Under the pieces are notes generated by a model. That model was not told where the DNA came from, ran no database searches, and worked only from the letters and a program-made list of their open reading frames with translations. From Syntrophales bacterium (GTDB lineage Bacteria > Desulfobacterota > Syntrophia > Syntrophales > PHBD01), in the NCBI GenBank assembly GCA_963668175.1, contig OY764159.1, positions 352,001-416,000 of the forward strand: DNA of 64,000 bases. Reading direction: 5' to 3'. Both the position numbers and the translations under genes were made by a program. Shown piece by piece: positions 46,347 through 56,811 of the stretch; the stretch's first letter is position 1; the number at the start of each line of letters is the position of its first letter.

Positions 46347-46707
46347 GGTTCCCTTTCTCCTCCCTTGATTTAATATAAGATTGAATCGACTTGACTCATG
46401 AGCATGCTCAAGTGCGCCGGCTGATAAGCCGTCAATGCATTAAAGATAAGACATGATTTCATTTTTTCTCTATTTCGATAACGTATCGCCGAAGCAGGTA
46501 CCACCAAGGGGGGCGAAATGTCAATGACAAAATTGTAAGTTATATAAATAATCTATATTACATTTTTGTAATTTATTCCGTTGCACGCTTCTCAATACGG
46601 GCCATCCACCTTCACAGATGCAACCACAGAAACCGGGAAAATATTTATTCACATATTATCAAATAGATGCACAACAAGCTCATTGTACACCCCTGACATA
46701 TTACCCC

Positions 46708-46736
46708 TTGACATCGCCAGGGAACTTTTTTATATT
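46708..46736 (+). promoter_or_regulatory. Sigma70-type promoter upstream of carB
   Basis: TTGACA-17 nt-TATATT. Confidence 0.7.
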
Positions 46737-46843
46737 CCGCCTCCCATCGATACATACTTGTCAATTGATCGTTTAACGTTCATTACATTTATGTTTACAT
46801 AAGAACGGCCGATCGGCCAAACCGTCAGAAAAGGGGATGCAAT

Positions 46844-49800
46844 ATGCCGAAAAGAGAGGATATTCATAAGATACTCATCGTAGGATCGGGTCCTATCATC
46901 ATCGGACAAGCTTGCGAGTTCGATTATTCAGGCACTCAGGCCTGCAAGGCCCTTCGCAAGCTGGGATACAAAATTGTTCTCGTAAACTCGAACCCGGCAA
47001 CCATCATGACGGACCCAGGCATGGCCGACGTCACCTATATCGAACCCTTAAATTTAACGTCTCTTACGGAGATTATTGAAAACGAACGGCCCGACGCCAT
47101 CCTGCCCAATCTTGGCGGACAGACGGGACTCAATTTGACATCGGAGCTCGCCCGCACCGGCGTTCTGAGCAAATACGGCGTCCAGGTCATCGGCGTCAAA
47201 ATCGATGCCATTGAACGCGGAGAAGACCGGATTGCTTTCAAAGAAACCATGAACCGCCTCGGCATCGAAATGCCGCGGAGCGAAGCGACATTCAGCGTCG
47301 AGGGGGCCAAAAAGATCGCGGCTGCACTCGGCTATCCCGTCGTGATCAGGCCCGCTTACACCATGGGAGGAACAGGAGGAGGACTGGTTTACAACCTGGA
47401 AGAGCTTCGTGTGGTTGCCAGCCGCGGCATATCGGCCAGTCTCGTCGGTCAGATCCTTGTGGAAGAATCCGTTCTGGGTTGGGAGGAACTGGAACTCGAA
47501 GTCGTGCGCGATGCCAAGAATCAAATGATCACGGTCTGCTTCATCGAAAACGTTGACGCCATGGGCGTTCATACGGGCGATTCGTACTGCACGGCCCCGA
47601 TGCTCACGATATCCTCGGAATTGCAGCAGAAGCTGCAGAAATACTCCTACGATATCGTCGAAGCCATCCAAGTCATCGGCGGCACCAATATCCAATTCGC
47701 CCATGATCCCGCTACGGGCAGGGTCGTCGTCATCGAAATCAACCCCCGGACGTCGCGATCATCGGCCCTGGCATCCAAGGCAACGGGATTCCCGATCGCC
47801 TTGATTTCTTCGATGCTCGCATCCGGCTTGACGCTTGATGAAATTCCCTACTGGCGGGATGGGACCTTGGATAAATATACGCCGTCGGGCGACTATGTCG
47901 TCGTCAAGTTTGCCCGGTGGGATTTCGAGAAATTCCCGGGTTCGGCCGACAAACTCGGAACGCAGATGCGCGCCGTCGGCGAAGTGATGAGCATCGGCAA
48001 GAATTACAAGGAGGCCTTCCAGAAATCCATCCGATCTCTGGAGAAGGGGAGATACGGATTGGGATTCGTAAAAGATTACAACCGTAAATCACTCGAAGAA
48101 CTGCTTGATCTGTTGTCGGAACCGTCGAGCGAAAGACAGTTCATTATGTACGAGGCATTGCGGAAAGGGGCCGACATCGATGTCCTTTTCAAAAAGACAC
48201 ACATCAAGCCCTGGTTTATCCGGCAGATGCAAGAGCTGGTGGAAAGGGAGACGGAAATTCTCGCATACAGAGGCCGCAAACTGCCGGAGGCCCTGCTTGC
48301 GGCGGCGAAGAAAGACGGGTTTTCGGACCGGTATCTCGCCCGGATTCTCGAAATACCGGAAGTCGAGATTCGGATGGCGCGGGCGGCCATAGGCATGCTC
48401 GAAGGCTGGGAGCCCGTCCCCGTAAGCGGTGTCGAGAACGCCGCCTACTACTTCTCCACATACAATGCACCCGATAAGGTAACAACGACGGCCAAAAAGA
48501 AAATCATGGTGCTGGGCGGCGGCCCGAATCGGATCGGCCAGGGCATTGAATTCGATTACTGCTGTGTCCATTGCGCCTTCTCGCTTCGCGATGCCGGATA
48601 TGAATCCATCATGGTCAATTGCAACCCGGAGACGGTATCCACCGATTACGATACGTCCGACAAACTCTACTTCGAGCCTCTCACCGTCGAAGATGTTTTG
48701 AGTATCTATGAAAAGGAGAAACCGGAAGGCATGATCGTCCAGTTCGGCGGCCAGACGCCCCTCAATATCGCTGCCGACCTCGCCAGGGCCGGAGTGAACA
48801 TCATGGGCACAACGCCGGAAACGATCGATCTGGCCGAAGACCGCGACCGTTTCCGCAAGATGATGCAGAAGCTGAACATCCCCATGCCGGCTTCCGGTAT
48901 GGCGAGCAACCTCGCCGAAGCCATTCAGATCGCGACCAAAATCGGTTATCCCCTGATGGTGAGACCCTCCTATGTTCTGGGAGGAAGAGGCATGGAGGTC
49001 GTTTATGACCAGTCGATGCTGAAGCGTTACGTGGAGGCTGCCGTCGGCGTCACTCCCGAACGCCCCATCCTCATCGACAAATTCCTGGAAAACGCCATTG
49101 AGGCGGAGGCCGACGCCATCTCCGACGGCAGTGATGCCTTTGTGCCGGCCGTGATGGAACACATCGAACTGGCGGGCATCCATTCGGGCGACTCGGCCTG
49201 CGTTATACCTCCGATCAGCATACCGGCCAAGCATATTGAAACGATCTGCGAGTATACAAAGAAGATCGCAATCGCATTCAACGTCATCGGCCTCATGAAC
49301 ATCCAGTATGCCATCGCCAATGATGTCGTCTACATCCTCGAAGCCAACCCCCGCGCATCCCGTACGGTGCCTCTCGTTTCGAAGATATGCAACATTCAGA
49401 TGGCGCGCATCGCGACGCATATCATGCTCGGCAAAAAACTGGCGGATTTCAATCTCAAATCGAGATCGTTCCCCCACTTCGGCGTCAAAGAGGCGGTTTT
49501 CCCCTTCAATATGTTCCAGGAAGTTGACCCTCTGCTCGGACCCGAAATGCGGTCAACAGGTGAAGTCCTGGGGTTGGCCGACTCCTTCGGATTGGCTTTC
49601 TATAAGGCGGAGGAAGCGGCCCAACAGACCCTTCCCGGATCGGGCACTGTTTTGATTACGGTGAATCAAAAAGACAAAGGCGCCATCATCGAAATAGCGC
49701 GACGGTTCCGTGAACTGGGATTCACGATCAAGGCGACGGAAGGGACGCATGATTTCCTCGGCGGACAGAACATTGATTCGGAACATATCCTCAAGATGCA

Positions 49801-50044
49801 CGAGGGCCGACCCAACATCGTCGACAGCATCAAGAACGGTGAAATCCAACTGGTCATCAATACTCCGGACGGGAGAACAGGTGCGTTCGACGACTCGTAC
49901 ATCCGCAAAGCCGCGATCAAATATAAGATACCGTACATAACGACTGTAGCGGCGGCCATTGCCGCGGTCAAGGGAATCGCCGCCTGCCGGCAGGGACACG
50001 GACGGGCAAAATCGCTGCAGAATTACCACGCCGAGATCAAGTAG
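46844..50044 (+). CDS. carB: Carbamoyl-phosphate synthase large subunit
   Basis: MPKR, GSGPIIIGQACEFDYSG, second half GGGPNRIGQGIEFDYCC, C-terminal MGS domain. Confidence 0.97.
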   Translation: MPKREDIHKILIVGSGPIIIGQACEFDYSGTQACKALRKLGYKIVLVNSNPATIMTDPGMADVTYIEPLNLTSLTEIIENERPDAILPNLGGQTGLNLTSELARTGVLSKYGVQVIGVKIDAIERGEDRIAFKETMNRLGIEMPRSEATFSVEGAKKIAAALGYPVVIRPAYTMGGTGGGLVYNLEELRVVASRGISASLVGQILVEESVLGWEELELEVVRDAKNQMITVCFIENVDAMGVHTGDSYCTAPMLTISSELQQKLQKYSYDIVEAIQVIGGTNIQFAHDPATGRVVVIEINPRTSRSSALASKATGFPIALISSMLASGLTLDEIPYWRDGTLDKYTPSGDYVVVKFARWDFEKFPGSADKLGTQMRAVGEVMSIGKNYKEAFQKSIRSLEKGRYGLGFVKDYNRKSLEELLDLLSEPSSERQFIMYEALRKGADIDVLFKKTHIKPWFIRQMQELVERETEILAYRGRKLPEALLAAAKKDGFSDRYLARILEIPEVEIRMARAAIGMLEGWEPVPVSGVENAAYYFSTYNAPDKVTTTAKKKIMVLGGGPNRIGQGIEFDYCCVHCAFSLRDAGYESIMVNCNPETVSTDYDTSDKLYFEPLTVEDVLSIYEKEKPEGMIVQFGGQTPLNIAADLARAGVNIMGTTPETIDLAEDRDRFRKMMQKLNIPMPASGMASNLAEAIQIATKIGYPLMVRPSYVLGGRGMEVVYDQSMLKRYVEAAVGVTPERPILIDKFLENAIEAEADAISDGSDAFVPAVMEHIELAGIHSGDSACVIPPISIPAKHIETICEYTKKIAIAFNVIGLMNIQYAIANDVVYILEANPRASRTVPLVSKICNIQMARIATHIMLGKKLADFNLKSRSFPHFGVKEAVFPFNMFQEVDPLLGPEMRSTGEVLGLADSFGLAFYKAEEAAQQTLPGSGTVLITVNQKDKGAIIEIARRFRELGFTIKATEGTHDFLGGQNIDSEHILKMHEGRPNIVDSIKNGEIQLVINTPDGRTGAFDDSYIRKAAIKYKIPYITTVAAAIAAVKGIAACRQGHGRAKSLQNYHAEIK

Positions 50045-50073
50045 CGGCATATAAGCCGACGGGGGCCGATTGA

Positions 50074-51447
50074 ATGGAAACAATACAAGATAAATGCGGC
50101 GTTTTCGGAATCTACTCCACCTCATCCTGCGTTCAGGATATCTATCACGGTATCGATTTTCTTCAGCACCGGGGTCAGGAATATTGCGGGATAGCCACCT
50201 ACGACGACCATATCCGCCAGGTCACGCACCACGGCAAGGTAGCCACTTCATTTAACGAAAAAGAGCTCGATTACCTCACTGGCAATTCGGGGATAGGGCA
50301 CGTCAGTCTTTGGGAACGCCAGCCCATGACATGGCAATCAAGGCTGGGGCAGATATCCGTTGCTTTCAGCGGCAACATCATCAATGCAACGGAACTCATT
50401 GGCGACATGAAGAACCAGGGACACGCCTTTTACCGCAGTTACGACACGGAAATCATAGCCAAAATCGTTATGGACGGTACAGATGTCGTCAACGGTATTG
50501 CTAATCTGGCAAAGCGTACGAAGGGCGCATACGCCCTGGTTATCTTAACCGAAAACGGCATCTATGCGGCTCGCGATGTCTATGGTTTTCGCCCCCTGAT
50601 CATGGGACGGGACGCAACGCGTCTCGTTGTCTGCTCCGAGTCGCGGGCATTGCAAAACATGGACATGGATATTTATCGGGATGTCAATCCTGGCGAAATA
50701 GTCCTTATTAATAACGACGGATTCCACAGTGTTCATACGCTCAATTCGCCGCGGAAGGCCCACTGTGCCTTCGAATGGGCCTATACGGCCAGCATCGACT
50801 CCAAGATCGACGGCGTCTACGTCCAGGCAGCCAGGAACCATTTGGGACAGAGTCTTGCCCAACGGGACATCGATGATCGCGACATGAGCGCTGATATCGT
50901 CGCTCCGGTACCCATGTCCGGAATCGGACATGCCATCGGGTACCATCAACGCTCCGGGGTCAATTATCAGGAGGTCTTTCTCTATAACCGATACGCAGAC
51001 CGCAGCTATACCCAATCGACCCAACACGCCCGGGAGAAAATGGCCAAGCGCAAGCTTTCCGTACTCAGCCATGCCGTGAAAAATAGAAGCATCGTCATCT
51101 GCGATGATTCGATCGTCCGGGGAACCCAGATCCTCTACAAAGTCCGGGACCTGAAGAATGCCGGTGCCCGGGAAGTACACGTTCGCATTGCCTGCCCCCC
51201 CCTTATGTATCCCTGTGATTTCGGTGTCTCTACGCGCTCGCAGGAAGAACTCGCAGCGCGCCACTTTTTCAAAACGGGCGATATTGCCAATCTGGATCAG
51301 TTGAAATCTCTGGAAACCTGGATTGCCGAGCAAATCGGCGCTGATTCGGTTAAATACAATACGATCGACAACTTCGTTGCAGCTCTCGGTATTCCGAGGC
51401 ACGATCTCTGCCTGAAATGCTGGGACGGCATCCGTCCCAACGAATAG
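50074..51447 (+). CDS. purF: Amidophosphoribosyltransferase-like protein with an atypical glutaminase domain
   Basis: Propeptide then CGVFG; LQHRGQE; RDVYGFRPL; PRPP motif DDSIVRGT; Fe-S cysteines (HCAFE, YPCDFG, CLKC). Confidence 0.8.
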   Translation: METIQDKCGVFGIYSTSSCVQDIYHGIDFLQHRGQEYCGIATYDDHIRQVTHHGKVATSFNEKELDYLTGNSGIGHVSLWERQPMTWQSRLGQISVAFSGNIINATELIGDMKNQGHAFYRSYDTEIIAKIVMDGTDVVNGIANLAKRTKGAYALVILTENGIYAARDVYGFRPLIMGRDATRLVVCSESRALQNMDMDIYRDVNPGEIVLINNDGFHSVHTLNSPRKAHCAFEWAYTASIDSKIDGVYVQAARNHLGQSLAQRDIDDRDMSADIVAPVPMSGIGHAIGYHQRSGVNYQEVFLYNRYADRSYTQSTQHAREKMAKRKLSVLSHAVKNRSIVICDDSIVRGTQILYKVRDLKNAGAREVHVRIACPPLMYPCDFGVSTRSQEELAARHFFKTGDIANLDQLKSLETWIAEQIGADSVKYNTIDNFVAALGIPRHDLCLKCWDGIRPNE

Positions 51448-51578
51448 TTCGAATCATCCCTCCGTATTCGAATACCGAACGGCTGTGACTCCGCATAATC
51501 CCCGGCCTGCCTTTTTGCTGCAATGTGGGTCCGTCTGTGCTAGAATCACGGATCTTAATTAATCATGGATTGGATCGT

Positions 51579-52190
51579 ATGAAAGGTAGATTGGTTTTGG
51601 CTTCAGCGTCGCCTCGGCGCATAGAACTTTTACAAATCATCGGACTCGACGTCCTCGTCATCCCCAGCGGCATCAGCGAATCCCCTTATGACGGCGAAAC
51701 GCCGGAAACCCACGTCATTCGCCTTTCCCGGGAAAAAGCGGGAAGCGTGTCCCGCGAATATCCGCATGACTGGGTGCTCGGCGCAGACACCATCGTCGTG
51801 ATCGACCGGGAGATTCTGGGCAAACCGGAGACGGAAGAGGAGGCGCGGCGTATGCTCACGAAACTGAGCAACCGCGAACATACCGTTTTCACGGGCTATA
51901 CAATCTCCAAGGAAGCGGAAGAGACCGTCATCAGCGATGTCGTAACATCTCGTGTTCACTTCAAAGACATTTCCGACGAGGAAATCGCTTGGTATATAAA
52001 GACCGACGAACCCTACGACAAGGCGGGCGGTTACGCGGTGCAGGGCCGGGGCGCTTTTTTCATCCGGGCGATTCACGGCTCATACACGAACGTTATGGGG
52101 CTGCCGTTATGTGAAGTCGTCGACGCTCTTCATCGTGTCGGTGCCATCGGATTCAATGGAGGTCATCATGGACTACCCGGTAAAGGATAA
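51579..52190 (+). CDS. maf: Maf/YhdE nucleoside triphosphate pyrophosphatase
   Basis: LASASPRR, GADTIV, GKP, DKAGGY and GSYTNVMGLP. Confidence 0.92.
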   Translation: MKGRLVLASASPRRIELLQIIGLDVLVIPSGISESPYDGETPETHVIRLSREKAGSVSREYPHDWVLGADTIVVIDREILGKPETEEEARRMLTKLSNREHTVFTGYTISKEAEETVISDVVTSRVHFKDISDEEIAWYIKTDEPYDKAGGYAVQGRGAFFIRAIHGSYTNVMGLPLCEVVDALHRVGAIGFNGGHHGLPGKG

Positions 52191-52863
52191 CATCCTCGCC
52201 ATCAGGCGGAATATAGCGGCTGCCGCCGAAAAAGCAGGCAGAAATCCGGCGGAAGTTAAATTGATGGCCGTCAGCAAAACGGTCGACGATGAGAGAATAT
52301 TGGCCGCCATTGACGCCGGCGTGGACATGGTTGGAGAGAATTACATCCAGGAAGCGAAAAGGAAGATCGAATCCATGGGCCATGGTATAGAATGGCATTT
52401 TATCGGCCATCTCCAAACCAACAAGGCCAAGTATGCAGTCAAGCTGTTCGACATGATCCACTCCGTGGACAGGATGGATTTGGCACAGGAATTGGACAAG
52501 CGATCGGCCAATTTCGGAAAAACGTCCGATATCCTGATAGAAGTTAACGTCAGCGGAGAGGCATCGAAAAGCGGCGTGCCGTTGAACGAGGCACTGACGC
52601 TCGTTGCGGCCGTCAGCGAATTAAAACATCTCTCCATCCAGGGTCTCATGACCATGCCCCCCTGGTTCGACAATCCCGAAGACGCCCGGCCTTATTTCGT
52701 CGCCCTGCGGGAATTGAAGGAAAGGATCAGCCTCGCAAACATCGATCGCGTCCGGATGAAGGAACTTTCCATGGGCATGTCGGGCGATTATCTGGTCGCC
52801 ATCGAAGAAGGGTCCACGATTGTCAGGATCGGAACGGCCATATTCGGCAAACGCCCCTCATGA
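52168..52863 (+). CDS. yggS: PLP homeostasis protein YggS
   Basis: GGAGG RBS; AVSK, GENYIQE, WHFIGHLQTNK and LSMGMSGD. Confidence 0.93.
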   Translation: MDYPVKDNILAIRRNIAAAAEKAGRNPAEVKLMAVSKTVDDERILAAIDAGVDMVGENYIQEAKRKIESMGHGIEWHFIGHLQTNKAKYAVKLFDMIHSVDRMDLAQELDKRSANFGKTSDILIEVNVSGEASKSGVPLNEALTLVAAVSELKHLSIQGLMTMPPWFDNPEDARPYFVALRELKERISLANIDRVRMKELSMGMSGDYLVAIEEGSTIVRIGTAIFGKRPS

Positions 52864-53642
52864 AAAACATACGAAGCGAGCAGTCCGTACCGCCGGAAGA
52901 GTATCGCCAGGCCATAGCCTTATCGGAATCCATTGCGGAAAGGGTTGGTCTTCCGGCGTTTTACAGGGAGCATGGTGACGATGTCGCACTGTCCTTCCGG
53001 TTGTTGGCGAGCGAAAAGATGGTCAAGGATTGTATCCGGATCGTCAGGGAGCGGGGCGACATGATCGGCCACGGTGCCATCCACGTGCAAAAAGTCGCCA
53101 TCGACGCGGGCGCCATCGTCCTGATAGAAGGCAAGAACGCCGTCGATCGGGACAACGTGAAAAGGCGCGTCCTGTTGGCCCATATTGCGGCGATTCTGCA
53201 CGACATCCGCCGATCGGAAAAGCATCACGCCCAGCTGGGCGCTACGGAAGCCGCCGATCTTCTCAAGCCTTTCAGTCTGACCGCCGGGGAGCGCCGGGCC
53301 ATATGCACTGCCATCGCTAACCATGAGGCTTTTCAGCCCTCTCAAGACCTTGATGAACCTGACGATCAACTGCTTTCCGACGCCCTGTATGATGCCGACA
53401 AGTTCCGCTGGGGACCGGACAATTTCACGGAAACCTTGTGGGCTATGGTTATCCCCCGTAAGGTTCCCCTTGACGCACTACTTAACCGTTTTCTCCGGGG
53501 GCTTGACGGTGTAAACAGAATAAGGGATACTTTCCGCACGGAAACCGGAAGGCTTTACGGACCGGATTTTATCGACCGTGGCATGGAGATCGGCCGGGAA
53601 CTTTATACGGCGCTGACGGAACAGCGACGGGAAAACACATGA
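52860..53642 (+). CDS. HD-domain protein
   Basis: GHGAIH, LHDI, HA, IANH and LYDADK. Confidence 0.75.
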   Translation: MKNIRSEQSVPPEEYRQAIALSESIAERVGLPAFYREHGDDVALSFRLLASEKMVKDCIRIVRERGDMIGHGAIHVQKVAIDAGAIVLIEGKNAVDRDNVKRRVLLAHIAAILHDIRRSEKHHAQLGATEAADLLKPFSLTAGERRAICTAIANHEAFQPSQDLDEPDDQLLSDALYDADKFRWGPDNFTETLWAMVIPRKVPLDALLNRFLRGLDGVNRIRDTFRTETGRLYGPDFIDRGMEIGRELYTALTEQRRENT

Positions 53643-54040
53643 ATCAGATGACCATCAAAACCGGTGCCCGGTTCGAGATGATCGATATTACGGGACGAAT
53701 CAGGAGCCTGCTTCAAGACAAAGGGTTTACCGACGGATTCTGTTTCATCTTCGTGCCTCACACCACGGCGGCGGTGACGATCAATGAAAACGCCGACCCC
53801 GATGTGCCGCGCGATATCATCACCATCCTGGATCGCGTGGTTCCGCTCACCGGCAATTACCGGCATATGGAAGGCAATTCGGCGGCCCATGTCAAGGCAT
53901 CCTTGATCGGGGCATCCGAATGGCTGATGGTGGAGAACGGCAGCCTTGTCCTGGGCACGTGGCAATCCGTCTTCTTCTGCGAATTCGACGGACCGAGAAC
54001 GCGTAAGATCATCGTTCGACTGTTGCCGTCGAAAACCTGA
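53639..54040 (+). CDS. yjbQ: YjbQ/UPF0047 family protein
   Basis: PHTTA, INENADPDV, HMEGNSAAH, LGTWQ and EFDGPR. Confidence 0.9.
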   Translation: MNQMTIKTGARFEMIDITGRIRSLLQDKGFTDGFCFIFVPHTTAAVTINENADPDVPRDIITILDRVVPLTGNYRHMEGNSAAHVKASLIGASEWLMVENGSLVLGTWQSVFFCEFDGPRTRKIIVRLLPSKT

Positions 54041-54112
54041 CAGTTCCAATGAACTGTCTTGAGTGACTCCCAGGCGGCAAAGCCGTCCGCAAGGCGCTGG
54101 TACAGCACTCCT

Positions 54113-54883
54113 TCAAGGATTCAACACGTCTCTCATCTGGGCGTGTATTATTCCGTTGGATGCCAGGACGTGAGGCGAAAGGAGATGATAGGGGCCGCCG
54201 AAAAGGTCCGTTACCTCGCCGCCTGCTTCCGTGACCAGCAGCCATCCCGCCGCCGTGTCCCAGGGCTTCAATTTCAGTTCCCAGAACCCGTCGAAACGGC
54301 CGGCGGCAAGATAGGCCATGTCAAGGGCCGCAGCTCCGGCACGTCGTATGGCTTGAGCCCGCCTGGCCATCCTTGCAAAACGGTCGAGATTGTTATCGCT
54401 GCTGACGCTAATGTCGTACGGAAATCCTGTTGCCAGAAGACTTCGGACAAGTTCCTGTTCGTGCGATACGGTTATGGCTACATTATTCAGAACCGCACCG
54501 CGGCCCCGCTCGGCAACGAACATCTCGTCAAGCATCGGATTGTAAACAACACCTAATTCAACTTTACCCCTGATTTCCAAGGCAATGGACACACAAAAGA
54601 CAGGAAAACCGTGGGCATAATTCGTCGTCCCGTCCAGAGGATCGACGATCCAGCGATACTCCGATTTTTTGGCCGTTGCCGACGATTCTTCGGCGACGAT
54701 GTCATGCTGCGGATAAGCTCGGGCAATCCTATTAACAATCAGGTCTTCCGATAAACGGTCCGCTTCCGTAACGAGATCGATGGTTCCTTTGTAAGCCACC
54801 GTATGCTTCGTATGAAACCGGTCTTTCAGCAAGCGGCCGGCATCGGCGGCCAGGGTTACGATAAATGCTCTGAGTTCAACCAT
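54113..54883 (-). CDS. suhB: Inositol monophosphatase family
   Basis: DLVTEAD, EE, WIVDPLDGTTNY, GAAALD and WDTAAG. Confidence 0.9.
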   Translation of the reverse strand: MVELRAFIVTLAADAGRLLKDRFHTKHTVAYKGTIDLVTEADRLSEDLIVNRIARAYPQHDIVAEESSATAKKSEYRWIVDPLDGTTNYAHGFPVFCVSIALEIRGKVELGVVYNPMLDEMFVAERGRGAVLNNVAITVSHEQELVRSLLATGFPYDISVSSDNNLDRFARMARRAQAIRRAGAAALDMAYLAAGRFDGFWELKLKPWDTAAGWLLVTEAGGEVTDLFGGPYHLLSPHVLASNGIIHAQMRDVLNP

Positions 54884-55035
54884 GGGTCCATCTCCCCTGT
54901 CGCGATTTTATGTCGTCCTATACACAACACCGGAGAAAACCTCAATGAAGATCATGGAAACAGGCGGAAGATAGATAATTATGATTGAACACATAGCAAT
55001 TTGATGCTAAGGATAGGTAAAACAAAGGAAATAAT

Positions 55036-55917
55036 ATGAGTGGGATGGAAAAGAATAACGACTCGGCGCCGTCTGCAGATCAGAGCGACGAAAGCGTTAA
55101 GGATGAGAAATACGACCTCAAGAGCATTCGGGAAGCCCGGGGCATCACGCTGCACGACATTTTTCGTGCCTCCCGGGTCAGCGTCATCAACCTGGAAGCC
55201 ATAGAGAAGGCAAATTTTCAATTTCTGCCGACGCCTTTCATCGCCAAATCTTTCATCAAAACCTATGCGAAAGCCATAGGGGTTGACGCTAACACGATCA
55301 TTCGACAGTATGACGCTTTCCTGAAAAATCGAGACAAAGCCCCCGTCGAAGAGAAGACGGACCAAGAGCCCCAGGATCGACGTCGGCAAACCAAGATTAT
55401 CAGCTTATCCATTATCGCTGTGGCGGTTGCAGGCGCCTTTATTTACCTCATCTACTCATTTTACCCCATGTTGAAAGAATGGAGCAACATGCAGAGCGTC
55501 AATACAGCGGCCCCTACCGCCGAGGTAGCTCCGCCTCCGGCCCCTCCGGCCCCTCCGGCGCCGCAGAACCCACCGGCAGCAACGGAAAACGCGCTTCCCG
55601 CTCAGCAATCGCAGCCACCCATACAGCAGCAAGTCCAGCCGGTCCAGCCGGCACCGGCCGCAGCCCCCCCGGCGGTCGCAGCCAGCTCACATCAGCTTAT
55701 TATCGAAGCCACCGGTTTTTCATGGATAAAAATTGTTGAAGATCGCAAACTTCCCGTCGAAATCCTCTTGAGACCGGGTGAAAGAGTCGAGCGGACGGCA
55801 TCGCAATCATTTGAATTGGATATCGGTAATGCCGGAGGCACCAATATCACATATCAGGGAAAACCGCTGGGAGTTTTAGGCAAACAGGGGCAGGTTGTCC
55901 ATTTGAAGCTCCCGTAA
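55036..55917 (+). CDS. rodZ: RodZ-like protein (HTH, TM helix, Pro-rich linker, DUF4115)
   Basis: LKSIREARGITL, LEAIE, FIKTYAKAIG, single TM helix, SWIKI and IGNAGG. Confidence 0.8.
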   Translation: MSGMEKNNDSAPSADQSDESVKDEKYDLKSIREARGITLHDIFRASRVSVINLEAIEKANFQFLPTPFIAKSFIKTYAKAIGVDANTIIRQYDAFLKNRDKAPVEEKTDQEPQDRRRQTKIISLSIIAVAVAGAFIYLIYSFYPMLKEWSNMQSVNTAAPTAEVAPPPAPPAPPAPQNPPAATENALPAQQSQPPIQQQVQPVQPAPAAAPPAVAASSHQLIIEATGFSWIKIVEDRKLPVEILLRPGERVERTASQSFELDIGNAGGTNITYQGKPLGVLGKQGQVVHLKLP

Positions 55918-56020
55918 GCTGAGGCACAAGGAACAATATTCTTCGTCGGACCTTTGGCGGCAGAGCCACATGAGATTTCACGCGTGAACCGTGGAATCAC
56001 GATAAGAGAGGAAAACCCTT

Positions 56021-56212
56021 ATGTTTGGAATAGGCATGCAGGAATTGATTATTATCCTGATCCTCGTCCTGATCATTTTCGGCGCCGGCAAACTGCCGGA
56101 AATCGGCGGCGCCATCGGTAGAAGCATCAAGAATTTCAAGAAGGCGACTCAGGACCAGGAAGAAGTCAAGCCGCCTGCAGAAACTGAAAACAAGAAAATA
56201 GAACCTAAATAA
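56021..56212 (+). CDS. tatA: Twin-arginine translocase TatA/E
   Basis: [13 protein letters not shown]...[18 protein letters not shown]. Confidence 0.93.
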   Translation: MFGIGMQELIIILILVLIIFGAGKLPEIGGAIGRSIKNFKKATQDQEEVKPPAETENKKIEPK

Positions 56213-56288
56213 ACGCTCGCAGACAAGCACTTCCGATCAAGCGGTCATGGCGTTTACCGGCCTCTGTTCCGTTCGAAAGGGCCGTCGG

Positions 56289-56699
56289 CTAGAACGGCAC
56301 ATCGTCGTCGGATGCGTCGTTTCCGGGAAACGGCGCCGCCGAATCATCTGACGGAACCCCGGGTCCCTTCTGTCCCTTCCCGTCGAGCATCTGCATGGTG
56401 GACGCGACGATTTCCGTTGTATAGCGTTTGTTTCCGTCCTTATCATCCCAGGTTCGGGTCTGGATCCGTCCCTCAAGATAGACGAGCTTTCCCTTGGAAA
56501 GGTAGTTGCCGCTGATTTCGGCCAGCTTGCCGAAGGTCACGATCCGGTGCCATTCCGTTTTCTGGACACGCTCGCCGCTCTTGTCCTTCCAATACTCATC
56601 CGTCGCCAGCCTGAAACTGGTTACCATGGCCCCATCCGGCGTATAGCGGACCTCGGGGTCGGCTCCCAATCGGCCGACCAAAATGACTTTGTTAATCAT
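56289..56699 (-). CDS. ssb: Single-stranded DNA-binding protein
   Basis: [22 protein letters not shown]-terminal DDDVPF; GGGGAGG RBS. Confidence 0.96.
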   Translation of the reverse strand: MINKVILVGRLGADPEVRYTPDGAMVTSFRLATDEYWKDKSGERVQKTEWHRIVTFGKLAEISGNYLSKGKLVYLEGRIQTRTWDDKDGNKRYTTEIVASTMQMLDGKGQKGPGVPSDDSAAPFPGNDASDDDVPF

Positions 56700-56811
56700 T
56701 CCCTCCCCTTTCCTGCAAATGAAATATCCTGGTTCATACAGAAATTGGATGTAGATAGCAACCGATATATTCGGCGCGCGGCGTCGCGATGGGGCATAAT
56801 CCGCCGTCGGC

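Noticed and set aside
48089..49477. 462 aa minus-strand ORF
   Set aside because: Antisense to carB
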